From a bacterium (lineage in GTDB: Bacteria; UBA8248): a stretch of 64,000 nucleotides of DNA. The notes beneath the pieces were generated by a model that saw nothing but the letters and a program-made list of their open reading frames with translations, was not told the origin of the DNA and made no database searches. Below, one piece after another: positions 9,096 through 17,396 of the stretch. The stretch spans positions 2,784,001 to 2,848,000 of the forward strand of contig CBDBZU010000004.1 of assembly GCA_965213625.1 (NCBI GenBank). The letters are read 5' to 3'. Each line of letters opens with the position of its first letter. Within the stretch, counting starts at the first letter, position 1. Both the position numbers and the translations under genes were made by a program.

Positions 9096-9728
9096 TCAGG
9101 CGTCCGCGGTTTCCGCCACGGCGCGCTCGAAAGTTTTCATGAAAACCTCCATCGGCTGAGCGCCCGTGATTCTGTAGTTGTTCGCAAAATCGACCGTGGG
9201 CGTGGACTGTATCCCTGAGTTCAGCGCCTCGACGTGATCCGCAAAAACGCGCTTTTCCATCTCCGGGTCGGCCATGACCTCGCGCATTATCGCGGGCTCC
9301 GCCCCCAGCCGCTCGGCGGCGGCCACAAGCACGTCGGTGTCGTCGATGTTCCGGCACTCGACCAGATGCGTTCGTTCCACGGCTTCAAGGTACTCGCCCT
9401 CGCGCTCGGGGAGTTGGGTGGCGAAGGCCTTGATGGCGATCGCCCCGGGGGTGGAATGGGGATAGGGGAAATCGCGGCGCGCCATGAGTTCGGGGTTGAT
9501 CGCCTCGCCCCCGGGATGGCCCTTCGCCATCGCCCAGTGTCCCATGATGGCTTCTTTGCGGGTCGGGCGATGGTCCGGCTCGGGCGAGAGGAGAAATGCG
9601 CGATATCGGATGGCCAAGCGGCCGTCTGTCAGCTCCGTCAGTTTTCGCAACCGCACGGTTGCGATCAGGCACCAGGCTCAGTGTACGCAGTAGGTGTAAG
9701 TGGCTTCTACGACATGTTCGTTTGGCAA
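9096..9728 (-). CDS. DsbA/FrnE-like thioredoxin-fold selenoprotein (UGA read as Sec at 9680-9678)
   Basis: SD GAGGA plus TTG at 9728 gives MPNEHVVEATYTYCVH-U-AWCLIATVRLRKL, in frame with the listed 9096-9656 ORF; C-terminal GIQSTPT..ITGAQP is DsbA-like. Confidence 0.85.
9645..9664 (-). promoter_or_regulatory. Bacterial SECIS-like hairpin
   Basis: mRNA UCGCAACC-GUGC-GGUUGCGA is a perfect 8-bp stem with a G-initiated apical loop, starting 14 nt after the in-frame UGA. Confidence 0.75.
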
Positions 9729-9807
9729 TGCGAGTTCCTCAACGTTCGTCGGAATTGACAGGCAATCCTTTCATCTTGAGCAATTCGGCGCAATCGCCGG
9801 ACGCGAA

Positions 9808-10488
9808 TCAGCGCAGATATTCCCGCGTATGCCGTGCGGGCGAGGCGTTTCGGGAGAGGCGGCCTTCCAGGGCATCCAAATCGTCCGCCTCGTCGACGTC
9901 GCGCCATTCCGGGAGGAGGGAAGTCCCGATGCCGAGCGCGCGCGCCTTCTCCATCGTGCGCGTTAGCACCTCGCTCGTACTCCAGGGGATGCCGGTGAAA
10001 ATTTCAGGCGCGAACCGGTTCATCCCGACGAGGTAATAGCCCCCGTCCGCCGCGGGCCCGAGCGTGATCTTGGCGTCATCCACGCAATCCAGGTTCTCAA
10101 AAGCATCGAGCAGAACTTCATGCGGCAAGTCCGGAAAATCCGTGCCGATGAGCACCGCCCGCCTCCCGCCCATCAGGCACCGTCCCAGAGCCGCCGCCAT
10201 GCGCGCGCCAAGGTCCGCGCCCGTTTGCGCGCGGTGAAAAAATGCGCCGGGCAGCCAGTCGGCGAGCGGGAATTCATCGAGCGATTCTCCGCGTTCCAGC
10301 GCCCATTCGCAGACGAGGGCGACGCCCGGCCTCGCTTCGGTGAGCGCGCGTGCCGTCTCGGCGGAGTCCAGCAAAAAACACTTGTAAAGTCCCGCTGCGC
10401 CCTCATACCCGAAACTTTGGGCGAGGCGCGTCTTTACCCGGCCGGCGAGGGGTGGTTTGGCGAAAAGGATGAGAGATTCGGCCGCCAT
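9808..10488 (-). CDS. DUF2064/TIGR04282-type CofC-like transferase
   Basis: LFAKPPLAGRVKTRLA, QTGADLGARM, IGTDFP, LGPAADGGYYLVG, IPWST and WRDVDEADDL motifs. Confidence 0.9.
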   Translation of the reverse strand: MAAESLILFAKPPLAGRVKTRLAQSFGYEGAAGLYKCFLLDSAETARALTEARPGVALVCEWALERGESLDEFPLADWLPGAFFHRAQTGADLGARMAAALGRCLMGGRRAVLIGTDFPDLPHEVLLDAFENLDCVDDAKITLGPAADGGYYLVGMNRFAPEIFTGIPWSTSEVLTRTMEKARALGIGTSLLPEWRDVDEADDLDALEGRLSRNASPARHTREYLR

Positions 10489-10598
10489 CGTGATTCCCGT
10501 GAAACAAGGGTCTGTGGAGTAATACGCGTCGTCTTGCTAGAATCATACCTTCGTTTGATTACCATTTCGCGTCACACCGAGCAAAAAGGATACACAAC

Positions 10599-11042
10599 AT
10601 GGAATTTAACCAGGAGATTACGGTCGCCGCCCCCCGGGAGAAGGTGTGGGATTTCATCTGGCAGGTCGAGGAGTTCGCCGCCTGCGTACCCGGCGTGAAG
10701 GACGTTGAGAAAATAGACGACGCGACCTACGGCGTTCGGGTCGAGCAGAAGGTCAGTTTCCTGAAGGCGAGCTTTCAGCTTCAGATCAACATCGAGGAAG
10801 TCCGCGCGCCCGAGTACATCCGCACGGTGGGCGAGGGGAAGGATTCGAAATTAGCGGCGAGCCTCAAGCAGAAAAACGAGGTGACGCTCGAGGCCGTCTC
10901 CGAGAACGAAACAATAGTGCGCATTGACTCGAGCGTCGACGTTTTCGGAAAACTCGGCTCGCTCGGCTTCACCGTCATCAAGAACCAGGCGAACAAGATT
11001 TTCTCCGAATTCGCAAAGAACGTGAAAGCGAAGGTGGAATAA
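10599..11042 (+). CDS. coxG: CoxG-like SRPBCC family protein
   Basis: APREKVWDF..FAACVPG and GKLGSLG..IKNQANKIFSEFA pattern. Confidence 0.8.
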   Translation: MEFNQEITVAAPREKVWDFIWQVEEFAACVPGVKDVEKIDDATYGVRVEQKVSFLKASFQLQINIEEVRAPEYIRTVGEGKDSKLAASLKQKNEVTLEAVSENETIVRIDSSVDVFGKLGSLGFTVIKNQANKIFSEFAKNVKAKVE

Positions 11043-11164
11043 TCTTCCCCCGCGCCGCTCCGTCCGGGGAGTTGTGAGCTTCGCGCGCTCCTCGGATCGT
11101 CGGCAAACTACGCCTCTTCCGGTCCAATTTTGCCGCATTACCCCCGATCCAAAGTGGCCAGTTT

Positions 11165-11319
11165 CGTCATTCCGGCGAAAGCCGGAATCCATTTTCCCTC
11201 GGCCACCGCCGAGGGTTCCTGATGGAGAGTGCCTGGGAAAGGCTGCTCACGGCGAAAAAAGGAGCCACGTGCGAGTGGACGAAAAGGCATAATGGATTCC
11301 GGCTTTCGCCGGAATGACG
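11165..11319. repeat. REPIN-like inverted doublet of CGTC-tagged palindrome (left of the nuclease)
   Basis: CGTCATTCCGGCGAAAGCCGGAATCCA at 11165-11191 and its exact reverse complement at 11293-11319. Confidence 0.92.
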
Positions 11320-11344
11320 GTGAAAGACCAAGAAAGTAGGAACA

Positions 11345-11632
11345 ATGAAGCAGCCCTGCGTCTACATTCTCGCCAACAAGTCTCGCGGCACGCTCTATAT
11401 CGGCGTTACGTCCGACCTTCTCCGTAGGATCTGGCAACATAAGAATGGTACAGCGAAAAGTTTCACGAAGCGTTACGGCACCCAAACGCTGGTCTGGTAT
11501 GAGAGCCACGAAACGATGGAGAGCGCAATTGCGCGTGAGAAGAGCATTAAAAACTGGCGGCGTATATGGAAACTCGAACTGATCGAAGAGGACAATCCGA
11601 CGTGGCGTGATTTGTATGAAGATATTATCTGA
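11345..11632 (+). CDS. Small stand-alone GIY-YIG nuclease family protein
   Basis: VYILAN..TLYIGVTSDL.RR..QH, AIAREKSIKNWRR.WKLELIE..NPTWRDL. Confidence 0.92.
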   Translation: MKQPCVYILANKSRGTLYIGVTSDLLRRIWQHKNGTAKSFTKRYGTQTLVWYESHETMESAIAREKSIKNWRRIWKLELIEEDNPTWRDLYEDII

Positions 11633-11680
11633 AATACCTTCCGGCTTTTCGCGCTACCCCGACCTTGGTTTTGCCTTGCT

Positions 11681-11730
11681 CGTCATTCCGGTGTCAGTCC
11701 CGACTGAGGAAGGAGGGGCTGCGGAATCCA
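11681..11730 (+). repeat. Interrupted copy of the CGTC palindrome
   Basis: CGTCATTCCGG...GCGGAATCCA with about 29 nt in the loop; its downstream flank (TTTTCCCT.GGCCACC) matches that of the 11165 copy. Confidence 0.75.
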
Positions 11731-11851
11731 TTTTCCCTTGGCCACCGGCGAGGACTTCTGATGAGGTGTCCCTGTAAAGGCTGCGCGTGGCATGTTTTTC
11801 GGAACTTCAGGATTTGTTGAAAACTCCTCTTCGCTCGAAAGTGATCACTGC

Positions 11852-11989
11852 CGTCATTCCGGCGAAAGCCGGAATCCATTTGCGGGCGCGGGTGTATGAA
11901 CAGCGGCGTTTCATTCCCCACCGATGCGCGGGAACCCTGACGAAAGGCAAAAGGCGTAACAATGGATTCCGGCTTTCGCCGGAATGACG
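11852..11989. repeat. REPIN-like inverted doublet of CGTC-tagged palindrome (right of the nuclease)
   Basis: Exact 27-mer at 11852-11878 and its reverse complement at 11963-11989. Confidence 0.92.
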
Positions 11990-12047
11990 TTGGCACTTTC
12001 GATGGGGGTCAATAATCCATTTGAAGGGCTCTTTCACCAACCCCCCC

Positions 12048-12524
12048 TCAGGGTCGCTTGACGATCCACTCCTCCACCAGTTCACAGCCGCTCTCGCGGT
12101 AGAGCGCGGATATCGGGCAGCGCCCGTGATGCTGGCGTTTTAATTCTTCCACCCGCTCGTCGGACTCATCGGTGGTCAAGTGAATCTTCGCCTCCACGTA
12201 ATCGAAGTTGGGGCTGATGCCGTTGTCCGGGTCCTTGGCGCCCCGGGGGTCGGCCGTGCCTCGAACCTCCACCTCCTGGGCGATGACGTTGAAATCAAGA
12301 CCCTCGGCCACCTTGTTCGTAATGACCGTGATGCAGGCGGAAAGCGCGCCGAGCGCCAGTTCACGCGGCGTGGGGCCGGTGTCGGTTCCGCCGCCCTGGG
12401 CGGGTTCATCGGCGACGAAGTCGTGCTTGCGCGCTTTTAACTCGACCCGGCAGCCCTCCGAGCGCCTGGCTCTCACGCGGCGCTCCTGCTTGGCCATCAC
12501 TTCCTTGTCTACGGATTCCACCAT
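12048..12524 (-). CDS. OsmC/Ohr family protein
   Basis: ADEPAQGGGTDTGPTPRELALGALSAC and RCPIS, with both Cys present. Confidence 0.9.
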   Translation of the reverse strand: MVESVDKEVMAKQERRVRARRSEGCRVELKARKHDFVADEPAQGGGTDTGPTPRELALGALSACITVITNKVAEGLDFNVIAQEVEVRGTADPRGAKDPDNGISPNFDYVEAKIHLTTDESDERVEELKRQHHGRCPISALYRESGCELVEEWIVKRP

Positions 12525-12574
12525 CGGTATTTCTCCTTATCGAATGAAGGCGAATGCGTCTTCGCGTTAGAAAC

Positions 12575-13636
12575 CTAATCAAACACCACCGCGGCTCTTC
12601 CCGTCACCCGGTTCTCGATGAGCGCCTGGAATGCGGTTTCCGTTTCTTCGAGCGGGAAGGTCTCGGTGACGATGGGTTTTATCTTCCCCTGTTGAACCAG
12701 CGTGAGCGATTGTCCGAGTTCCTCCATCGAGCAATAGCGCGAGCCGTGAATCTCCTGCGCGTAGGTGAGGAGCTGGAGGGGGTCGACGGTGAAGTTGGGC
12801 GATACGTTGTTGTACGCCGCCGCCGGGCGGTAGCCCACGATCACCAGCTTGCCCCCGCGCGCCAGACTGGCCACGCCCGCCTCGAGCGTCTCGCGCGAGG
12901 CCACGTAGTCGATGTAGGCGTCCACGCCGCGCCCGTCGGTCAGCGAGAGGATTTCCTCCACCGTGTCGGTTTGTGCCGGGTTCAGCGTGGCGAAGGCGCC
13001 GAGCCCGGAGACGGTCTCCAGCTTTTTCTCCGACACGTCGATACCGATCACGTGGCCGCCGCACACCTGGGCCATCTGCACGGCGTGAATCGCCACGCCT
13101 CCGCCCGCGCCCACTACCGCCACCACGTCGCCGGGCTTTATCTGCGCCTCGGCCACGCAGTTGTGGTAGGGCGTGCAGATGGCGTCCGCCGCCACGCAGG
13201 CGTCGAGCGAACTCACGCCTTCTGGAATCTTGCACAGGTTCACAGCGGGGACGGTCGTGTATTCGGCATAGCCCCCGTCCATCACGAGGCCGAAATATCC
13301 CCGGAAATTCTCGCAAAGCGTCTCGCGACCGCTGCGGCAGAAGCGGCAGTTGTGGCAGGTGAGGTAGAAGTGGCAGGTCACGTGATCGCCCACGCCCACG
13401 TTCGTGACGTGGGAGCCGGTCTCGACGACCTCGCCCGCGATTTCGTGCCCCAGTATCCTCGGGTACGCATCCACCAGGCCCGGCGTGCTGCGCATGATGA
13501 CCAGCGTGAGGCCCACGCCCGTGGCCTTGAGTCGCACCAGCGCGTCGTTCGGTCCCGGCTGGGGAATCGGAACCTCCTCGAGCTGAAACGAGCCGCCCAG
13601 CTCATGAAGCCGCATTGCTTTCATCGTGGATGCCAT
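12575..13636 (-). CDS. Zinc-dependent alcohol dehydrogenase (MDR family)
   Basis: ILGHEIAG, CHNCRFCRSGRETLC structural Zn site, GAGGGV; SD AAGGAGG before ATG 13636. Confidence 0.9.
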   Translation of the reverse strand: MASTMKAMRLHELGGSFQLEEVPIPQPGPNDALVRLKATGVGLTLVIMRSTPGLVDAYPRILGHEIAGEVVETGSHVTNVGVGDHVTCHFYLTCHNCRFCRSGRETLCENFRGYFGLVMDGGYAEYTTVPAVNLCKIPEGVSSLDACVAADAICTPYHNCVAEAQIKPGDVVAVVGAGGGVAIHAVQMAQVCGGHVIGIDVSEKKLETVSGLGAFATLNPAQTDTVEEILSLTDGRGVDAYIDYVASRETLEAGVASLARGGKLVIVGYRPAAAYNNVSPNFTVDPLQLLTYAQEIHGSRYCSMEELGQSLTLVQQGKIKPIVTETFPLEETETAFQALIENRVTGRAAVVFD

Positions 13637-13869
13637 GTCGTAGCCTCCTTCGGTCGCATCGAGTGCGCCAGCCGCATCGAGTGGATGTATGAAATGCGTC
13701 ATAGGACTTTAAGGTTTTTCACCCGCCATGGAAAGAGGCAGGCGCGTTCTGCGCACCTGGTTTTTAATGTCGCCTCATACTTTTTCTCTACTCTGCACTA
13801 CTCCTCAATATATCCATCCCGCGCAGACTCATGCTAAAATCAATCAACACGCTGCCAAGGAGAGGAATT

Positions 13870-14262
13870 TTGATCTTCAAACTGTTCTTGCTGTTCACGC
13901 TCATCCCCATCGTAGAATTGATGATTCTCATCGATCTGGGGACCTCCATCGGCCTGGCCCCCACGCTGGGGGTGGTCATCCTCACCGGCGCGCTCGGCGC
14001 ATGGGCGGCGAGAACACAAGGGTTCTACGTGGTCTCGCGCATCCAGTCGGAAATGGCGGATGGGCGACTTCCAGGGGCCGAGATGGTCGAGGGCGCGATG
14101 GTGCTGGTGGGCGGCGTGCTGCTCCTGACGCCTGGCCTTCTGACGGACGCCGCCGGTTTCGCACTGATGGTGCCCGCCGTGCGGGCCGTCGCGCGGGGCT
14201 GGCTGATGAAAAAATTCGAAAAAATGATTGATGAGGGAAATGTGCATGTCTACCGCGGCTAG
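13870..14262 (+). CDS. fxsA: FxsA family membrane protein
   Basis: LIPIVEL..G..IG...T, GGVLLLTPGLLTDAAG; TTG start after a GGAGAGG SD-like sequence. Confidence 0.9.
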   Translation: MIFKLFLLFTLIPIVELMILIDLGTSIGLAPTLGVVILTGALGAWAARTQGFYVVSRIQSEMADGRLPGAEMVEGAMVLVGGVLLLTPGLLTDAAGFALMVPAVRAVARGWLMKKFEKMIDEGNVHVYRG

Positions 14263-15193
14263 AGTGGAGCCCGTCGAACCTCGACACCGCCATGCGCTGG
14301 CCGCCCTGGCCGCGGAGGCTTTCGGGCTTTCGCGCGAAGAAGTGGAAGGCGGTTTCGGCGCGCCGGGTACGAAGGTCTGGCTGGCGTGGCCGCCGGAGGG
14401 CGACGACGATGCCCCGGCGGGATATTGCCGCATGGTGGTGAACAGGGAGACGAGAGCGCGGGACAGGGCCTGTATCGATGCCCTTTTCGTTCGGCCAGAC
14501 AGCAGGAAGGCGGGCTACGCGCGGCACCTGCTGGAGGCGGCCCTCGCCGACGCCCGGGAAAACGGCCTGGGCGGTATCTGGGCGTATCTGCCCGTATCGC
14601 TACCGGGACGTTTCATATATCTGAGCGGTGGCCGCAAGGTTCACGATCTCCGCTTCCTGAAGCGCGGTGCGCTCGAGGAATTGGGGGAGCCCCGCCTGCC
14701 TGCGGGCTACGGGGTTCGCGAGGCGGCGCTGCCCGGCGATGCGGAATGTCTCGCGGATCTGTTCAACGCAATTTTCAGGAACATGTGGAATTTCATGAGC
14801 CACACGCCCGAGACAATCACCGCCTGGTACGATGCGCCGGACACGCGCCCGGAAAATTCGTTCATCCTCGAATTCTTTAATGGCGAATCGGGAGACCCCG
14901 AGGGAGCGGGGATGGCGATAATGGCCGTCGATCCGAGCCGGCTGGCCTCGGGCGATAAATCCGCCTACATTCCCGAGATCGGCGTCAACAGTGGGCACCG
15001 CAGAAGAGGGTTGGGCCGCTTTCTGGTTCAGGCGTCCGCCCGGAGGGCGCTTGCATGCGGCGCGGAGTCGCTCGAACTCATCGTCTCGGCCGACGATCAG
15101 GACGTTCGCGCATTTTATCAAGCTCTGGGTTTTGATGAAGTGGGGGTCATCAGCGTCTATGAATGGCTCTGCAGTGATATAGAATCTACTTGA
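14246..15193 (+). CDS. Tandem two-domain GNAT N-acetyltransferase (MshD-like architecture)
   Basis: Two acetyl-CoA motif-A segments (VRPDSRKAGYARHLL and VNSGHRRRGLGRFLV) and FYQALGF. Confidence 0.8.
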   Translation: MSTAARVEPVEPRHRHALAALAAEAFGLSREEVEGGFGAPGTKVWLAWPPEGDDDAPAGYCRMVVNRETRARDRACIDALFVRPDSRKAGYARHLLEAALADARENGLGGIWAYLPVSLPGRFIYLSGGRKVHDLRFLKRGALEELGEPRLPAGYGVREAALPGDAECLADLFNAIFRNMWNFMSHTPETITAWYDAPDTRPENSFILEFFNGESGDPEGAGMAIMAVDPSRLASGDKSAYIPEIGVNSGHRRRGLGRFLVQASARRALACGAESLELIVSADDQDVRAFYQALGFDEVGVISVYEWLCSDIEST

Positions 15194-15222
15194 ATAACAC
15201 CTTGCAACCATCTGTTATTAAA

Positions 15223-16485
15223 TCATAAGTATCCTTTAATATAACCCGATATTTCCTCTCGCCGCACTTCGGTCTGGCGGCTTTCCGCCATGTGGCGGAC
15301 GCTCACCACCCCTTTGGCCGCCTCGTCATCGCCCAGCAGGAGCACGAACGCTGCGCCCGAGCGATCGGCGCGCTTCATCTGACTTTTCATGCTGCCCCCG
15401 CCGAAGGAGCGTTCCGTCCGGATCCCCTGCGCGCGCAATTCGGAGGCGAGTTCGAAGACTTCGGCCTGCGCGGCGTCGCCGAACGCGACGATGTAGACTT
15501 GCGCTTCTTCTTTTAAGGCCGGGGCTTTTTCACCTGCCAGTTGCAAGAGCCGCTCGACGCCGATGGCGAAGCCGATCCCCGGCGTGGGTGGGCCGCCCAA
15601 TTCCTCCACGAGGCCGTCATAACGCCCCCCGCCGCACACCGCGTTTTGCGCCCCCAGGCTCTCGCTCGTCACTTCGAACACGGTGAGGCAGTAGTAGTCG
15701 AGCCCGCGAACGAGCCTCGGGTTAATCTCGTAATGAACGCCCGCGCTTTCCAAAAACCGGCATACGCTCTCCAGGTGTTCCCGGCACGACTCGTTCCAGT
15801 ATTCGTCTATTCTAGGCGCGCGCGCGATGATCTCCTGGTGATCCGGGTTCTTGCTGTCCAGAAAGCGAAGCGGGTTGCGCTCGATGCGCTCGGCGATTTC
15901 GGTGCCCAGATGCTTCGTCTCTTTCCTTAAATATTCCTGGAGGGAGGCGGCGTAGGCCGGGCGGCATTCCTTGTCGCCCAGGTTGTTGATCTGGAGCGCG
16001 AGGCCTCCGATCCCCATGGCGTCCAGATATTCCATGAGCATCACGATGAGTTCGGCGTCGACCGCCGGGTCCTCCGTGCCGAAAACCTCGGCGTCTATCT
16101 GGTGAAACTGCCGCAGGCGGCCCGCCTGGGGACGCTCGTAGCGGAACATGGGGCCGATGCAGAAGAGCTTCGAGACGCTCGCGCGGTTGTGGAGGCCGTT
16201 TTGCACGTAGGCGCGGCAGATCGAGGCGGTCGCCTCGGGGCGCAGGGTGATGGAGTCGCCCCCCTTGTCCTTGAAGGTATACATCTCCTTGGAGACGATA
16301 TCGGTTTCCTCGCCGATGCCGCGCGAGAAGAGTTCGGTGCGCTCGAACACGGGCACTCTTATCTCCCCGTAGCCGTAGCGCGCGAAAATCTCGCGCGCCA
16401 GGCGTTCGGCTCCCTGCCAGCTAGAAGATTCCTCCGGCAGAATGTCTTTCACCCCGCGCACCGCCGTGAGCTTGGGCCGCGCCAT
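15223..16485 (-). CDS. hisS: Histidine--tRNA ligase
   Basis: RGVKD, KEMYTF.DKGG, LRPEATA, FRYERPQAGRLRQFHQ, LVRGLDYY, GGGRYDGL; SD GGAGG before ATG 16485. Confidence 0.97.
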   Translation of the reverse strand: MARPKLTAVRGVKDILPEESSSWQGAERLAREIFARYGYGEIRVPVFERTELFSRGIGEETDIVSKEMYTFKDKGGDSITLRPEATASICRAYVQNGLHNRASVSKLFCIGPMFRYERPQAGRLRQFHQIDAEVFGTEDPAVDAELIVMLMEYLDAMGIGGLALQINNLGDKECRPAYAASLQEYLRKETKHLGTEIAERIERNPLRFLDSKNPDHQEIIARAPRIDEYWNESCREHLESVCRFLESAGVHYEINPRLVRGLDYYCLTVFEVTSESLGAQNAVCGGGRYDGLVEELGGPPTPGIGFAIGVERLLQLAGEKAPALKEEAQVYIVAFGDAAQAEVFELASELRAQGIRTERSFGGGSMKSQMKRADRSGAAFVLLLGDDEAAKGVVSVRHMAESRQTEVRREEISGYIKGYL

Positions 16486-16487
16486 CG

Positions 16488-17237
16488 CTATCCTCCAAAA
16501 GCCGCTTCGAGCAGGCGGGGAAGGGCGACGCCCGAGGGCTCTTGCACCGCCTCGCTCATGTATGGGCTGATATCCGTCGGCTCGGGATTGACCTCGAGCA
16601 CGAACGCGCCGCCTCGCGAGGCCGTCATGGGCATGGAGGCGGCCGGCTGCACCACGGCGGACGTGCCCGCCACGATCAGGTAATCGCAATCATCCACCGC
16701 AACAAGCGACCGGCGCAACTGCTCGGGGTCGAGCATCTCGCCGAACCACACCACGTGGGGGCGCAGTAGGTTCTCGCACGCCTCACATTTCGGGGGCAGG
16801 GGGTCGACCGGAACGTCTCTGTTCTCCCACGCGAGCGTGTAGCGCTCACAGCCCGGGTTCGTGCAGCGAACGCGCCAGATGTTGCCGTGCAGCTCCACGA
16901 TTTCCCTCGTTCCGGCGACGCGGTGGAGGTTGTCGATGTTTTGCGTGATGAGGGTGAAGCGCGGAAAGCGCTCCTCCAGCGAGGCGATGGCGTAATGCCC
17001 CGGATTGGGCGCCAGAGGCGCGAGCACCTCGCGGCGGTAGTTGTAGAACTCCCAGACGAGCTTTGGGTCGGCGCGAAAGGCCTCAGGACTAGCCAGCGAG
17101 GTGGCGCTGTACTCACGCCATAGGCCGCCCGCTCCCCGGAAGGTGGGCACGCCGCTCTCCGCACTCACGCCCGCTCCGGTGAGGACGACCACCGATTCCG
17201 CTTCGTTGAGTGCGTCAATCGCGCGTTGGCTGAACAT
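16488..17237 (-). CDS. cobB: NAD-dependent protein deacylase (sirtuin)
   Basis: GAGVSAESGVPTFRG, TQNIDNLH, LHG, LRPHVVWFGE, GTSAVVQPAA; start could also be 17249 or 17255. Confidence 0.93.
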   Translation of the reverse strand: MFSQRAIDALNEAESVVVLTGAGVSAESGVPTFRGAGGLWREYSATSLASPEAFRADPKLVWEFYNYRREVLAPLAPNPGHYAIASLEERFPRFTLITQNIDNLHRVAGTREIVELHGNIWRVRCTNPGCERYTLAWENRDVPVDPLPPKCEACENLLRPHVVWFGEMLDPEQLRRSLVAVDDCDYLIVAGTSAVVQPAASMPMTASRGGAFVLEVNPEPTDISPYMSEAVQEPSGVALPRLLEAAFGG

Positions 17238-17325
17238 CGATCTCTCCATCGTCATGCGCCTCGGCTTCGACCAATTGGCGAGAAAGTAGACTATTCGCCC
17301 CTCCGCGCGCAAACGGGGATGGAAG

Positions 17326-17354
17326 TTGACACGCGCGCGGATGCCGCCTAGCTT
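17326..17354 (+). promoter_or_regulatory. Sigma70-type promoter for the TPP enzyme gene
   Basis: TTGACA-N17-TAGCTT. Confidence 0.55.
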
Positions 17355-17396
17355 TGGCGGGCTTCGTTTTTTCGAGGGTTCCGGAGGAGTTATTTG

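Noticed and set aside
9678-9680. DsbA-like gene as a nonsense pseudogene
   Set aside because: The stop is UGA at the catalytic Cys position, is followed by a SECIS-like hairpin, and the rest of the frame is intact.
10599-11042. coxG as evidence of a CO dehydrogenase cluster
   Set aside because: No coxMSL or other molybdoenzyme genes in the window; lone CoxG-like genes are common.
11165-11989. 27-bp repeats as a possible CRISPR array
   Set aside because: Copies alternate in orientation, spacing is irregular (84 to more than 500 nt), a gene lies between them and no cas genes are present.
14246-15193. Mycothiol synthase (mshD) call
   Set aside because: Only the tandem-GNAT architecture is shared; no mshA/B/C context.
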